From positions 1-50,051 of the forward strand of contig CAZNQV010000002.1 of NCBI GenBank assembly GCA_964575655.1: a DNA stretch of 50,051 bases, read 5' to 3'. The notes under the pieces were generated by a model that saw nothing but the letters and a program-made list of their open reading frames with translations, searched no databases and was not told the origin of the DNA. Numbering within the stretch: position 1 is the first letter of the stretch; every line of letters starts with the position of its first letter. This DNA comes from an uncultured Muribaculaceae bacterium (GTDB lineage: Bacteria > Bacillota_I > Bacilli_A > RF39 > UBA660). Below, in pieces: positions 9,879-20,426 of this stretch. A program made the translations under genes and the position numbers.

Positions 9879-9899
9879 TAGATAAAACTACTATTTTTT
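9875..9899 (+). terminator. Rho-independent terminator after noc
   Basis: ATAGTAG / CTACTAT stem, 6-nt loop, then TTTTTT. It overlaps the TAG stop. Confidence 0.6.
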
Positions 9900-9958
9900 G
9901 ATTTCCAAAACTCTTTTTTTTTGATAGAATATATTTAGTACAGAAAAGAGTGGTAGTC

Positions 9959-10733
<775 letters not shown>

Positions 10734-10750
<17 letters not shown>

Positions 10751-11633
10751 TAATACAAATAGCAATCGCAGAAAAGCGTTAGGTAGAGGATTAGAAGAGC
10801 TATTTTCGAGTGATGTAATTGACTATGATAGTTTCGAAGAAAAAATAATTGAATCAACTTCTAAAGAAGAAGTTGTGGAAATTTCACTTGATGAATTAAG
10901 AAGTAATCCATATCAGCCAAGAAAGAATTTCGATCAAGAAGCATTAAACGAATTGGCAGCATCGATAAAAGAAAATGGAGTAATTCAGCCAATCATTGTA
11001 AAGAAGAGTATTAAAGGCTATGAAATTATAGCTGGTGAGCGTCGCGTTAAGGCATCAAAAATTGCAGGATTGGATAAAATACCTGCAATTATTCGTAGTT
11101 TTACAGATGATGAAATGATGCAGATTGCATTGTTAGAAAACTTACAAAGAGAGAATCTTAACGCAATTGAAGAGGCTCAAGCGTACAAGAATCTTTTATC
11201 ATCATTGAATGTAACACAAGAAGAATTAGGAAAGAAACTAGGTAAAAGTAGAAGTCATATCACAAATATGATTGGATTACTAGTATTACCAAAAGAAGTA
11301 AAAGAATTAATTGCAATTGAAAAATTATCAATGGGACATGCTCGTGTTTTAAGTAAACTACAAGATAACGAAAAAATAATTACATTAGCAAATAAAGTAG
11401 TCGCTGAAGGAATGAGCGTTCGTGATTTAGAAATATTAACTCAACAAAATGATTTTGAAAGAAAAGTAAAACAACAAAAAACAAAAATGGATAGCCCATA
11501 TAAATATTTAGAAAATGATTTGGAAGAAGTATTGGGAACTAGAGTCAAAATATCAAATAAAAAGGTTGAGGTTTATTTTTCAAATACAGCCGATTTGAAT
11601 AGATTATTAGAAATTATGCATTTAAATAAGTAG
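10734..11633 (+). CDS. spo0J: Chromosome partitioning protein ParB/Spo0J
   Basis: 'NPYQPRKNFD', 'IIAGERRVKAS', 'LENLQRENL', HTH 'QEELGKKLGKSRSHITN'. Overlaps the soj stop codon. Confidence 0.92.
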
Positions 11634-11641
11634 GTGTTATC

Positions 11642-11833
11642 ATGAATAAAAATTATGATATAGGTACTAGAGTGGTATTAAAAAAAGGTCATCCTTGTGG
11701 TGGCAATGAATGGGAAATTATAAAACTTGGTGCCGATATTAAGATTAAATGTACTAAATGTGGTAGAATGGTATTCATTCCCCGCATAGATTTTAATAAG
11801 AGAATTAAAAAAATAATAGAGAATAAGGAGTAA
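11642..11833 (+). CDS. DUF951-family small protein (YyzM-like, Zn-ribbon CxxC...CxxC)
   Basis: 63 aa. 'LKKGHPCGGNEWEIIKLGADIKIKCTKCGR' matches my recollection of DUF951. In Bacillus this family is syntenic with spo0J and ychF. Confidence 0.7.
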   Translation: MNKNYDIGTRVVLKKGHPCGGNEWEIIKLGADIKIKCTKCGRMVFIPRIDFNKRIKKIIENKE

Positions 11834-11835
11834 TT

Positions 11836-13434
11836 ATGGCAATTAGAAAAAGAAAACTAAAAAAATTTAATTTACATCCAGTAACTACGATTATATTGCT
11901 TATTTTACTTGTGGTTTTGTTAAGCGCAATTCTATCGTTATTTGATGCGTCAGCTACTTATAATACAATTGATTTAGCTACAGGACAAATTCAAACTAGC
12001 ATCATTACTGTTGAGAATCAACTAACTTATCAAGGGGTTAAGAATTTGATTAGTAATGCTACTAAGAATTTTATTAGTTTTGCACCATTAGGAACATTGT
12101 TAATAACCTTAATTGGATTAGGAATTGCAGAAGCGACTGGATTAATAGATACTGTTTTAAGAAGAAGAATACTTAAAATTTCACCAAAATTGGTAACATT
12201 CTTACTAATTTTGTTTGCAATATTCTCAAGCATTGTTAATGAAGTGGGATATGCCATTATGATTCCGCTAGGCGCATTAGTGTTCTTAATTAATGGTCGT
12301 AATCCGTTAGCTGGTATAGCTACTGCTTTTGCAGGCGTTGCTTTTGGATATAGTATTAGTTTCTTTGTTGGAGCAACTGATATATCTTTATTACCATATA
12401 CAAGAGTTGCCGCTCGACTAATTGATGAAAGTTTTCATGTTAGTATGACATCGAATTTATATATTATAATTGTTTCTTGCTTTGTTTTGGCAGCAATAGG
12501 TACTTTCGCCGCCGAAACTTTTGCAATAAAAAAATTTGGTCGATATACATCAAAAACAAGAGATGATTTAGGTCAAACTAAAGAAATTGAATTTTTAGAT
12601 TTGAAATATGAAGAACAAAAAAAATTAAAAGAAGCATCAAACGAGAAAAAGGGGTTAAAAGCTGCTTTAATTACGGCAATTGTTATTACGATTATATTTG
12701 TATATATGGTTATTCCGGGATTACCTCTTTCTGGAATGTTATTGGATTTAGATTCCATTGCATATGTTGATCAATTATTTGGAGCTAATTCTTATTTCCA
12801 AGATGGTTTCACTTATATGATTGCAATATTCTTTGGTATAACTGGTATAGCTTATGGTATAGGTGCTAAAACAATTAGAAACGACAAAGATATTATTAAT
12901 AGTTTAACTGAGAAATTAAAAGATATTGGGTTGATTTTAGTTATGATTTTCTTTGCTTCTCAATTAATCGCATTATTTAAAACTACTAATATTGGAACTT
13001 ATTTGACTGCATCGTTGACTAATATATTAAAAATGGTATCGTTAGATGGAATGTTGTTAATTATTGTTGCTGTTTTAATTATTGCAGTTTCAAACTTGTT
13101 TATGCCTAATTCTTTAGCTAAATGGTCAATAATTTCACCAGTATTGGTCCCATTGATGATGCAATCTAATGTTTCACCACAATTTAGCCAATATATTTTT
13201 AGAGCAGCAGAATCGATGACTAATGGCATAACACCATTATTAGGATATTTTATAGTTTATTTAGCGTATTTAAATATTTATAATAGAGATCCAGAACGAC
13301 CTATTTCAATAAGAAAAGGGATTGCCTATATGATGCCATACATGTTTTGGTTTAGTATTGGTTGGATTTTAATTATAATTACATGGTACATTGTTGGATT
13401 GCCATTAGGCCCAGGAGTAATGCCTACTTTATAG
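11836..13434 (+). CDS. AbgT-family transporter (p-aminobenzoyl-glutamate/antimetabolite efflux family)
   Basis: 532 aa polytopic membrane protein. The N-terminal 'HPVTTIILLILLVV' and the stretch 'NFISFAPLGTLLITLIGLGIAEATGLIDTVLRR' are typical of AbgT. Confidence 0.75.
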   Translation: MAIRKRKLKKFNLHPVTTIILLILLVVLLSAILSLFDASATYNTIDLATGQIQTSIITVENQLTYQGVKNLISNATKNFISFAPLGTLLITLIGLGIAEATGLIDTVLRRRILKISPKLVTFLLILFAIFSSIVNEVGYAIMIPLGALVFLINGRNPLAGIATAFAGVAFGYSISFFVGATDISLLPYTRVAARLIDESFHVSMTSNLYIIIVSCFVLAAIGTFAAETFAIKKFGRYTSKTRDDLGQTKEIEFLDLKYEEQKKLKEASNEKKGLKAALITAIVITIIFVYMVIPGLPLSGMLLDLDSIAYVDQLFGANSYFQDGFTYMIAIFFGITGIAYGIGAKTIRNDKDIINSLTEKLKDIGLILVMIFFASQLIALFKTTNIGTYLTASLTNILKMVSLDGMLLIIVAVLIIAVSNLFMPNSLAKWSIISPVLVPLMMQSNVSPQFSQYIFRAAESMTNGITPLLGYFIVYLAYLNIYNRDPERPISIRKGIAYMMPYMFWFSIGWILIIITWYIVGLPLGPGVMPTL

Positions 13435-13442
13435 GAGGATTT

Positions 13443-13832
13443 ATGACTAAAAGTGATTATAATATTTCTAATACTTTTGTGGCAAATGTTTGCGATGTTG
13501 TTAATTTTGGTAAAGTAAGCAATGGTTTTAATGAGAATATCGAATTAATTAGGCCGGTAATTGTAAAACAAGTAGATAAGCCGCTAAAAAGTGATCCAAA
13601 AGTGACAATAACTTATTATAAAGATATTTTTAACCAAGAAAACTATACTTCATATTTTCAACATCGTTTTAGTCAAAATAATGTTATAATAAGGGATATA
13701 TTTCCCATTAAAAGTTTTTGTAATGATGAAGAAATTAAAAAGGGTACTATTAATAAAGGGAGATTATTAGAAATATATAGATTTTTATTAATTCAACATC
13801 AAGAAGCTTGTGAGAATAATAAAGCAAGATAG
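13443..13832 (+). CDS. Hypothetical protein (129 aa)
   Basis: ATG at 13443 preceded by TAGGAGGA. The longer 13362 start in the ORF track overlaps the AbgT gene and has no RBS. I recognise no family. Confidence 0.55.
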   Translation: MTKSDYNISNTFVANVCDVVNFGKVSNGFNENIELIRPVIVKQVDKPLKSDPKVTITYYKDIFNQENYTSYFQHRFSQNNVIIRDIFPIKSFCNDEEIKKGTINKGRLLEIYRFLLIQHQEACENNKAR

Positions 13833-13846
13833 AAAGAAGTGATTTT

Positions 13847-14944
13847 ATGGCACTTAAAGCTGGGATAGTTGGTTTGCCAAATGTTGGTAAATCAACTTTA
13901 TTTAACGCTATAACTAAGAAAAATATTTTAGTAGCAAATTATCCGTTTGCTACAATTGATCCTAATGTTGGAATGGTTTTAGTTCCGGATAAGAGATTAG
14001 CAATACTGGAAGAAATGTATCATCCGGAAGAAGTAAAACCGGCGGCCTTTGAATTTGTTGATATTGCAGGATTAGTAAAGGGAGCTTCAGTTGGTGAAGG
14101 GCTTGGTAATAAATTTTTATCGCATATTCGTGAGGTTGATGCAGTTTGTGAAGTAGTTAGATGTTTCGATGATAAAGAAATTACTCACGTTGAGGGAAAT
14201 GTTGACCCAATAAGAGATGTAGAAATTATTAATTTAGAATTAGCCTTAGCCGATTTAGAAATTGTGAATAATCGTATTGATAAAATTAAGAAAAAAGCTG
14301 AAACAACAAAAGAAAAAGATGCCATCATAGAGGTTGAAGCATTATTAAAATCAAAAGAAAATTTAGAGAAAAATGTTCCTTTAAGATTAGTAGATTATAC
14401 TAAAGAGGAGTTATTTGCGATTAAGTCGTATAACCTATTGACTTTAAAACCACATATTTATTTAGCAAATGTTAATGAAAGTGATATAGTAACAGGTAAT
14501 GATTATGTTAATAAGTTAACTGAATATGCTAATAATGAAAATTCAGGAGTTGTTATGATTTCCGCTAAAATAGAATCAGAATTGTCAGAGTTAAATGATG
14601 ATGATAAATATGAATTATTGAAGGAATTAGGAGTTAAAGAAAGTGGACTTGATAAATTAGTAAAAACAACCTTTTCATTATTAGGTTTAGCAACATACTT
14701 TACTTGCGGACCACAAGAAGTAAAAGCATGGACTTATAAAGTTGGTATGAATGCGAAAGAATGTGCTGGGATAATCCATACTGATTTTGAAAAAGGGTTT
14801 ATTAAAGCAGAAGTTATTGGATATAATGATCTGATTGAGGCAGGTAGCGAGCTGAAAGTAAAAGAAAGTGGTAAGTTTAGGATAGAAGGCAAAGAATACT
14901 TAATGCAAGACGGGGATATTTGTCATTTCAGATTTAATTTATAG
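13847..14944 (+). CDS. ychF: Ribosome-binding ATPase YchF
   Basis: 365 aa. '[16 protein letters not shown]'. '[12 protein letters not shown]'. C-terminal TGS-like '[12 protein letters not shown]'. Confidence 0.95.
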   Translation: MALKAGIVGLPNVGKSTLFNAITKKNILVANYPFATIDPNVGMVLVPDKRLAILEEMYHPEEVKPAAFEFVDIAGLVKGASVGEGLGNKFLSHIREVDAVCEVVRCFDDKEITHVEGNVDPIRDVEIINLELALADLEIVNNRIDKIKKKAETTKEKDAIIEVEALLKSKENLEKNVPLRLVDYTKEELFAIKSYNLLTLKPHIYLANVNESDIVTGNDYVNKLTEYANNENSGVVMISAKIESELSELNDDDKYELLKELGVKESGLDKLVKTTFSLLGLATYFTCGPQEVKAWTYKVGMNAKECAGIIHTDFEKGFIKAEVIGYNDLIEAGSELKVKESGKFRIEGKEYLMQDGDICHFRFNL

Positions 14945-14972
14945 AAAAGAAAAATAATTCTTTTCTTTTTTT
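14943..14972 (+). terminator. Rho-independent terminator after ychF
   Basis: AGAAAAGAA / TTCTTTTCT stem (9 bp), 6-nt loop, then T7. Confidence 0.75.
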
Positions 14973-14979
14973 ATTAATA

Positions 14980-14988
14980 TGATATAAT
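14980..14988 (+). promoter_or_regulatory. Extended -10 promoter candidate for rpsF-ssb-rpsR
   Basis: TGaTATAAT, about 75 nt upstream of rpsF. Confidence 0.5.
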
Positions 14989-15062
14989 ATAGAAGAAATT
15001 GATTTATTCAATTGATTTCCTTGCTCGCAAGAGCCGAATAGTCCAAAAGGAGGTGTCGAAAA

Positions 15063-15350
15063 ATGAATAAGTATGAAATGATGTTTATAGTTAATTCTAC
15101 CTTAGAACAAAATGCTATTTCCGATGTTGCTGAATTAATTAAATCAACTATTGAGAAAAGTAAAGGCAAAATTCTTGAAGTTAAAGAGATGGGCCAAAGA
15201 GAATTAGCATATGAAATTAAGAAACATAAAAATGGATATTATTACTTATTAACATTTGAAGCAAAAGAAGATGTGATTGAGAAAATTAATCATATAGCAA
15301 ATGTTAATGAAAACATCTTAAGATATTTAGTATTAAAAATTGAAGATTAA
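15063..15350 (+). CDS. rpsF: 30S ribosomal protein S6
   Basis: 95 aa, 'YEMMFIV...'. AGGAGGT RBS. Canonical rpsF-ssb-rpsR operon. Confidence 0.95.
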   Translation: MNKYEMMFIVNSTLEQNAISDVAELIKSTIEKSKGKILEVKEMGQRELAYEIKKHKNGYYYLLTFEAKEDVIEKINHIANVNENILRYLVLKIED

Positions 15351-15361
15351 GAGGTATATTT

Positions 15362-15826
15362 ATGAATAAAGTTTTTTTAATAGGAAGACTAACCAAAGAT
15401 CCAGAATTGCGTTACACTGGATCAAACATTGCGGTTGCAACATTTTCAATAGCAGTGAATCGAACTTTCACTAATCAAAGTGGTGAAAGAGAAGCTGATT
15501 TTATTAATATTGTTGTGTGGAGAAAGCAAGCCGAAAATGTTAAAAATTATCTTTCACAAGGTAGTCAAGTAGCGATCGATGGTAGAATCCAAACTAGAAA
15601 TTACGATGATCAAGATGGTAAAAAGAGATATGTAACAGAAGTAGTAGCTGATAATGTTGAGTTTTTAGGTTCTAAATCTAATCGTGAATCAACAGGACCT
15701 GCTCCTATGGACAATCCATTCCAAACAGAAAACGAAGTTGATATGAAAATGGATGATGTTAAAAATGATCCTTTTAAAGATTTTGGTGAAGAGATAAAAA
15801 TTTCTGATGATGACCTACCATTCTAA
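15362..15826 (+). CDS. ssb: Single-stranded DNA-binding protein
   Basis: OB fold '[19 protein letters not shown]'. Acidic C-terminal tip 'DDDLPF'. Confidence 0.95.
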   Translation: MNKVFLIGRLTKDPELRYTGSNIAVATFSIAVNRTFTNQSGEREADFINIVVWRKQAENVKNYLSQGSQVAIDGRIQTRNYDDQDGKKRYVTEVVADNVEFLGSKSNRESTGPAPMDNPFQTENEVDMKMDDVKNDPFKDFGEEIKISDDDLPF

Positions 15827-15845
15827 AAATAAAGGAGGAATGAAG

Positions 15846-16061
15846 ATGGCAGAATTTTATCGTAAAAAGAAAAAAATATGTTATATGTGCACTGGTAAAG
15901 ATATAAATTATAAAGATGTAGAAATCTTAAGAAAATATGTAAATGAAAAAGGTAAAATCTTACCTCGCCGTGTAACTGGTGCTTGTGCTAAACATCAAAG
16001 ATATATTGCTGAACAAGTAAAAAGAGCACGATTTGTAGCATTATTACCATATACTAAATAA
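15846..16061 (+). CDS. rpsR: 30S ribosomal protein S18
   Basis: '[37 protein letters not shown]'. AAAGGAGGA RBS 7 nt before the ATG at 15846. Confidence 0.9.
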   Translation: MAEFYRKKKKICYMCTGKDINYKDVEILRKYVNEKGKILPRRVTGACAKHQRYIAEQVKRARFVALLPYTK

Positions 16062-16086
16062 ACATTCTTTGGGATGTTTTTTTCTT
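16060..16086 (+). terminator. Rho-independent terminator after rpsR
   Basis: AACATTC / GGGATGTT stem (includes G-U pairs), 4-nt loop, then a T-run. Confidence 0.6.
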
Positions 16087-16143
16087 TCTATTGAGTTAAG
16101 AATATAGTATAATAAATAGTAGAAAGAAAAAAAGAGGTGTTTT

Positions 16144-17112
16144 ATGTCAGTAAAGGAATTAGCACAGTTTTTGATTAAGTTTATTAAGCAAAGTAATGTT
16201 GTTTATATTACTGCACATAAAAATTTAGATTTAGATGCATTAGGTTCAATGGTTGGATTGGCATTATTAGCCGAAAGATTTAATAAGCAATCATATATCA
16301 TTATAGATGATACTAAGCACGAACCATCTGTAAAAAAAGCCTTAGCACAACTAAATAGTTTAAATATTATCAAAACTAAGGAAATTATTAAAATTGCTGA
16401 TGATGATTTGTTAATAATAACAGATACTAATCGAAGTAATCTATTACAGAACGAATTATTGTTAGAAATGTTTAATAAAAAGATTATTTTAGATCATCAT
16501 GATGAAGATGAACACACAATTGAAAGTGATATGAATTTAATATTTAGTAATGTGTCTAGTGCATGTGAATTATTAACACTAGTTTTAGAAGAAAAAAATT
16601 TAATTCCTAAAGATAGTTTCTGTGCAACACTATTATTATCAGGAATAGTTTTAGATACTAGTAACTTCACTTTAAAAGTTAATGCTCATACTTATCAAGC
16701 GGCATATTATTTATCTAAAGCTGGTGCAGATAATAACCAAGTTCAGTATATGTTAAAACAAAATTTAAAAAAATATGTAGCTAGACAAAAAATGTTGTAT
16801 GATATTGATATCTTATTTGGAAAATATGCGGTGTCATTGGGTAGTAAAAGATATATTTATCGTCGCGAAGATTTAGCGAAAATTGCTGATACCTTGTTGC
16901 AATTTGAAAATATTGAAGCTTCCTTTGTTATTGGTTATTTGGATAAAGATAAAATAGGTATTAGTGCTAGATCAATGGGAACAGTTGATGTTAGTTTAAT
17001 TATGCAACAATTAGATGGTGGAGGAAATACAACAGTAGCGGCAACGATGATTAAAACTAATGATATAAAAACTGTTTATAAAGAATTGAAAAAGATATTA
17101 AAGAATTTGTAG
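16144..17112 (+). CDS. Stand-alone DHH/DHHA1 phosphoesterase (NrnA/GdpP-catalytic-domain-like)
   Basis: 322 aa. Motifs 'NLDLDALGS', 'IITDTN', 'LDHHDED'. The DHHA1 motif reads 'DGGGNTTVAA'. It occupies the gdpP (yybT) slot between rpsR and rplI. Confidence 0.8.
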   Translation: MSVKELAQFLIKFIKQSNVVYITAHKNLDLDALGSMVGLALLAERFNKQSYIIIDDTKHEPSVKKALAQLNSLNIIKTKEIIKIADDDLLIITDTNRSNLLQNELLLEMFNKKIILDHHDEDEHTIESDMNLIFSNVSSACELLTLVLEEKNLIPKDSFCATLLLSGIVLDTSNFTLKVNAHTYQAAYYLSKAGADNNQVQYMLKQNLKKYVARQKMLYDIDILFGKYAVSLGSKRYIYRREDLAKIADTLLQFENIEASFVIGYLDKDKIGISARSMGTVDVSLIMQQLDGGGNTTVAATMIKTNDIKTVYKELKKILKNL

Positions 17113-17124
17113 AGGAGGGTTACA

Positions 17125-17565
17125 ATGGAAGTAATATTTTTAAAAGATGTTAAAGGTCAAGGAAAAAAAGGGGAAGTAAAAAAGGTCAAGGATGGTTATG
17201 CAATTAATTTTTTAATTAAAAATAACTTAGCAGTTGCTAAAACTGATAAGGGGTTAGAAATCCTTGATAAAGAGAAAAAAGAAGAAAAAGCAAAAGAAGA
17301 AAGAAATATAGAAGAAGCAACAAAAATTAAAACAAAACTTGAAAAAGAGATAATTTCATTTAAAATTAAAACAGGAGATATGGACAAAGTATTTGGTAGC
17401 ATATCAACTAAACAAATAAAAGAAGAATTAGATAAATTAGGTTATAATATAAATAAAAATCAAATCATTCTAGATCATGCAATTACATCATTGGGTATTC
17501 ATGATGTTGAGATTGTTATTTATAAAAAAGTGAAAACGAATTTAAAAGTAAAAGTAACAAAGTGA
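17125..17565 (+). CDS. rplI: 50S ribosomal protein L9
   Basis: '[30 protein letters not shown]'. 146 aa. Confidence 0.95.
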   Translation: MEVIFLKDVKGQGKKGEVKKVKDGYAINFLIKNNLAVAKTDKGLEILDKEKKEEKAKEERNIEEATKIKTKLEKEIISFKIKTGDMDKVFGSISTKQIKEELDKLGYNINKNQIILDHAITSLGIHDVEIVIYKKVKTNLKVKVTK

Positions 17566-17575
17566 GGTGTTACAT

Positions 17576-18931
17576 ATGGCAAAAGAATTGCCTAGCAATT
17601 TAGAAGCTGAAAAATCAGTTTTAGGATCAATGTTTTTATCACAATACGCATTACAAAAAGCTAATGAAACACTTTATCCTGAAAACTTTTATTATGAAAA
17701 AAACGCTAAAGTATTTAGCGTAATCAAGGATTTAGTTAATGAATCAACCCCAATTGATATTATGACAGTAGCTGCAAAATTGAAAGATCGTAAAGAGTTA
17801 AAAATGATTGGTGATGTTGAATATCTAACAGAATTAATTGAATGTGTACCAACGGCGGCTAATGTAGACTATTATATAAAAATAGTTGAAGAAGCAAGTG
17901 TACTAAGAAACTTAATTGAAGAAGCAACGGGGATTGTAACGTTAGGTTATGATCACGAAGAAAGTGTTAATGAAGTATTAGATAAAGCTGAAAGTAAGAT
18001 TTTGAATGTTATTAAAAAACGTAAATCAGCAGAATTAAAACCTATTTCTGAAGTTTTGACTAAAGCTCAAGAAAACTTAGAAATATTGGCTTCAAATAAA
18101 AGTGATATAGCAGGTATTCCGACTGGATGGTATGATTTTGATAAATTAACATCTGGTTTAAAAGGTACCCAGTTGATTATATTAGCAGCTCGTACTGGTA
18201 TGGGAAAAACAGCATTTGCCTTAAATATGGGGACTAATATTGCAATAAATACTGGTAAGACAGTAGCAATATTCACATTAGAAATGGGTGCTGAACAATT
18301 AGTCAATCGTATGATTAGTTCAGTAGGTCAAATTGAAGGTACTAAGCTAAGTACAGGTAAACTATTTAGTGAAGACTGGAAAAGGGTTAATGAGGCAATG
18401 AGCCAATTAGGTGATACTAATATTTATATAGATGATTCTCCAGGAATTACTGTTGGTGATATTAGAGCGAAATGTCGCCGATTAGCGAGCAGCGAAAAAG
18501 GCTTAGGTATTGTTATTATTGACTACTTACAATTGATTCAAGGATCATCTAGATATGCTGGTAATCGTCAACAAGAAGTAGCTGAAATATCTAGATCATT
18601 AAAAACAATGGCTATTGAGCTTGATGTGCCAGTAGTTGCATTATCACAATTATCTCGTCCAGTTGATTTGCGTGCTGACAAAAGACCGATGTTGCCAGAC
18701 TTAAGAGAATCTGGATCTATTGAACAAGATGCTGATATAGTAGCATTCCTATATATGGAAGACTATTATGATAAAGAAAAAAAACGACCTGATGGTGGCG
18801 CTCCTTGTGAATTAATTATAGCAAAACATCGTAATGGACCTACGGCGACGATAAATCTATACTTCAAGCGAAATACAAGTTCATTTGTCAGTTATAAAGT
18901 TGATGAACAGGCTGGTGCAAGAAATGAATAA
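17576..18931 (+). CDS. dnaB: Replicative DNA helicase DnaB (DnaC in B. subtilis nomenclature)
   Basis: 'LPSNLEAEKSVLGSM'. Walker A 'AARTGMGKTAFALN'. 'LRESGSIEQDADIV'. About 451 aa. Confidence 0.95.
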   Translation: MAKELPSNLEAEKSVLGSMFLSQYALQKANETLYPENFYYEKNAKVFSVIKDLVNESTPIDIMTVAAKLKDRKELKMIGDVEYLTELIECVPTAANVDYYIKIVEEASVLRNLIEEATGIVTLGYDHEESVNEVLDKAESKILNVIKKRKSAELKPISEVLTKAQENLEILASNKSDIAGIPTGWYDFDKLTSGLKGTQLIILAARTGMGKTAFALNMGTNIAINTGKTVAIFTLEMGAEQLVNRMISSVGQIEGTKLSTGKLFSEDWKRVNEAMSQLGDTNIYIDDSPGITVGDIRAKCRRLASSEKGLGIVIIDYLQLIQGSSRYAGNRQQEVAEISRSLKTMAIELDVPVVALSQLSRPVDLRADKRPMLPDLRESGSIEQDADIVAFLYMEDYYDKEKKRPDGGAPCELIIAKHRNGPTATINLYFKRNTSSFVSYKVDEQAGARNE

Positions 18932-20426
18932 TTTTAAGTTTATTGTATTTATTTTTCTTGCATTCATAATAAGTTTTATTTTAATGATAACTAACACTAA
19001 GGCAGATACTTATTATGGTGCTGTTGAAGCTTATCGAGTTTATCTAGATGGAGAATCATTAGGATTAATAAAATCTGATCAAGAATTAAATGAATTTATT
19101 GATAATGAACAACAAGAAATAAAGGATACCTATCATGTTGATAAAGTTTACGCTCCACAAGGATTAGAAATAAAAAAAGAAATGACCTATAGTAATTTAG
19201 TACAAGATACAAAAGATATATATGAGAAAATAAAAGATAAAAGTTCTTTTACTATTGAAGGGTATGAGATATTAATTACTAAAAAAGATATCGAATCTAA
19301 TACAGATAAGAGTGGTAAAAAAGAAACTTATGTTGAAGAAACAGTTATTTATTCATTAGATGATGATATTTTTAAAAACGCTGTTGCAACAGTTGTAAAA
19401 TCATTTGTTGATGAAGAACAATATCAAAAATTTCTAGAAAATAATCAAGAAAAAATTATTGATACTGGCGTTATCATTGAAAATGTTTATATTGAAGATG
19501 ATTTTCGAATTAAAAAAACGCTAGTACCAACAGATAAAGTAATTTTTACAGATGAGGTTAGTTTAGCTGGTTACTTATTATTTGGTACTACTGAAAAACA
19601 AAGTACATATACAGTTCAGGCTGATGATACTATTAAAAAGATTGCTGATGAAAATAAAATGTCAACTACTGAATTTTTAATCGCTAATCCTGATATTCAA
19701 GATGAAAATGCATTATTATACAAAGGACAAAAAGTAGTTATTGGACTAATTAATCCTAAATTTGTTGTTATTGAGGAAGTATATAGTGTTCAAAATGAAG
19801 AAATACTATATCAAACAGAAACCAGATATAATAATAGATTGTACACTGGAGTTGTTAAAGTTATTCGTGATGGATCGTATGGCGAATCAAAGGTTAGCAA
19901 AAAGATTAAATATTCTAATGGTGTTATCACTGATGTTAGAAATATAAGCTCAGAAGTTATTATTGAACCAGTATCTAGAATAATTGAAAAAGGTGCAAGA
20001 ACAACATATATTGTTGGAGATGCTGGAATATGGAAGTGGCCAACAAAAGTACCTTATACAATTTCTAGTTATCAAGGATGGCGTGCTAGTGGTTTCCATT
20101 ATGGAATTGATATTACAGGTATTCGTGGTGGTTCACATAACTCACCAATTTACGCAGCCCAAGGTGGAACTGTGGAAGTAGCTGGATGGGCAACTAGTTT
20201 CGGAATGTCATGGACCTATGGAAAAATAGTTATCATAAATCATAACAATGGTTATCGCACTAGATATGCTCATTTGAATAAAGTATATGTATCAGTAGGT
20301 GAAGGAGTAGAAATGGGTGATGTTATTGCAGGAATGGGAACAACTGGTAGATCTAGTGGTACACATTTACATTTTGAAGCTTGGTATAAAGGCAAACTTA
20401 TCAACCCATTTGATTTATATCAATGA
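18924..20426 (+). CDS. Secreted or membrane-anchored M23 metallopeptidase with LysM and G5-like domains
   Basis: N-terminal TM 'FKFIVFIFLAFIISFILMI'. LysM 'YTVQADDTIKKIADENKMSTTEFLIANP...YKGQKVVI'. G5-like 'VIRDGSYGESKV...IIEPVSRIIEKG'. M23 motifs 'FHYGIDI' and 'GTHLHFE'. The start overlaps the end of dnaB by 8 nt. Confidence 0.8.
   Translation: MNNFKFIVFIFLAFIISFILMITNTKADTYYGAVEAYRVYLDGESLGLIKSDQELNEFIDNEQQEIKDTYHVDKVYAPQGLEIKKEMTYSNLVQDTKDIYEKIKDKSSFTIEGYEILITKKDIESNTDKSGKKETYVEETVIYSLDDDIFKNAVATVVKSFVDEEQYQKFLENNQEKIIDTGVIIENVYIEDDFRIKKTLVPTDKVIFTDEVSLAGYLLFGTTEKQSTYTVQADDTIKKIADENKMSTTEFLIANPDIQDENALLYKGQKVVIGLINPKFVVIEEVYSVQNEEILYQTETRYNNRLYTGVVKVIRDGSYGESKVSKKIKYSNGVITDVRNISSEVIIEPVSRIIEKGARTTYIVGDAGIWKWPTKVPYTISSYQGWRASGFHYGIDITGIRGGSHNSPIYAAQGGTVEVAGWATSFGMSWTYGKIVIINHNNGYRTRYAHLNKVYVSVGEGVEMGDVIAGMGTTGRSSGTHLHFEAWYKGKLINPFDLYQ

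Noticed and set aside
13362-13442. Longer start for the 13443 ORF, overlapping the end of the AbgT gene.
   Set aside because: There is no RBS, and the start lies entirely inside the AbgT coding region. The ATG at 13443 is preceded by TAGGAGGA.
19762-20181. Two plus-strand ORFs of about 60 aa (19762..19947 and 19984..20181).
   Set aside because: Both are out of frame inside the M23 peptidase gene, whose own frame carries clear LysM, G5 and M23 motifs.
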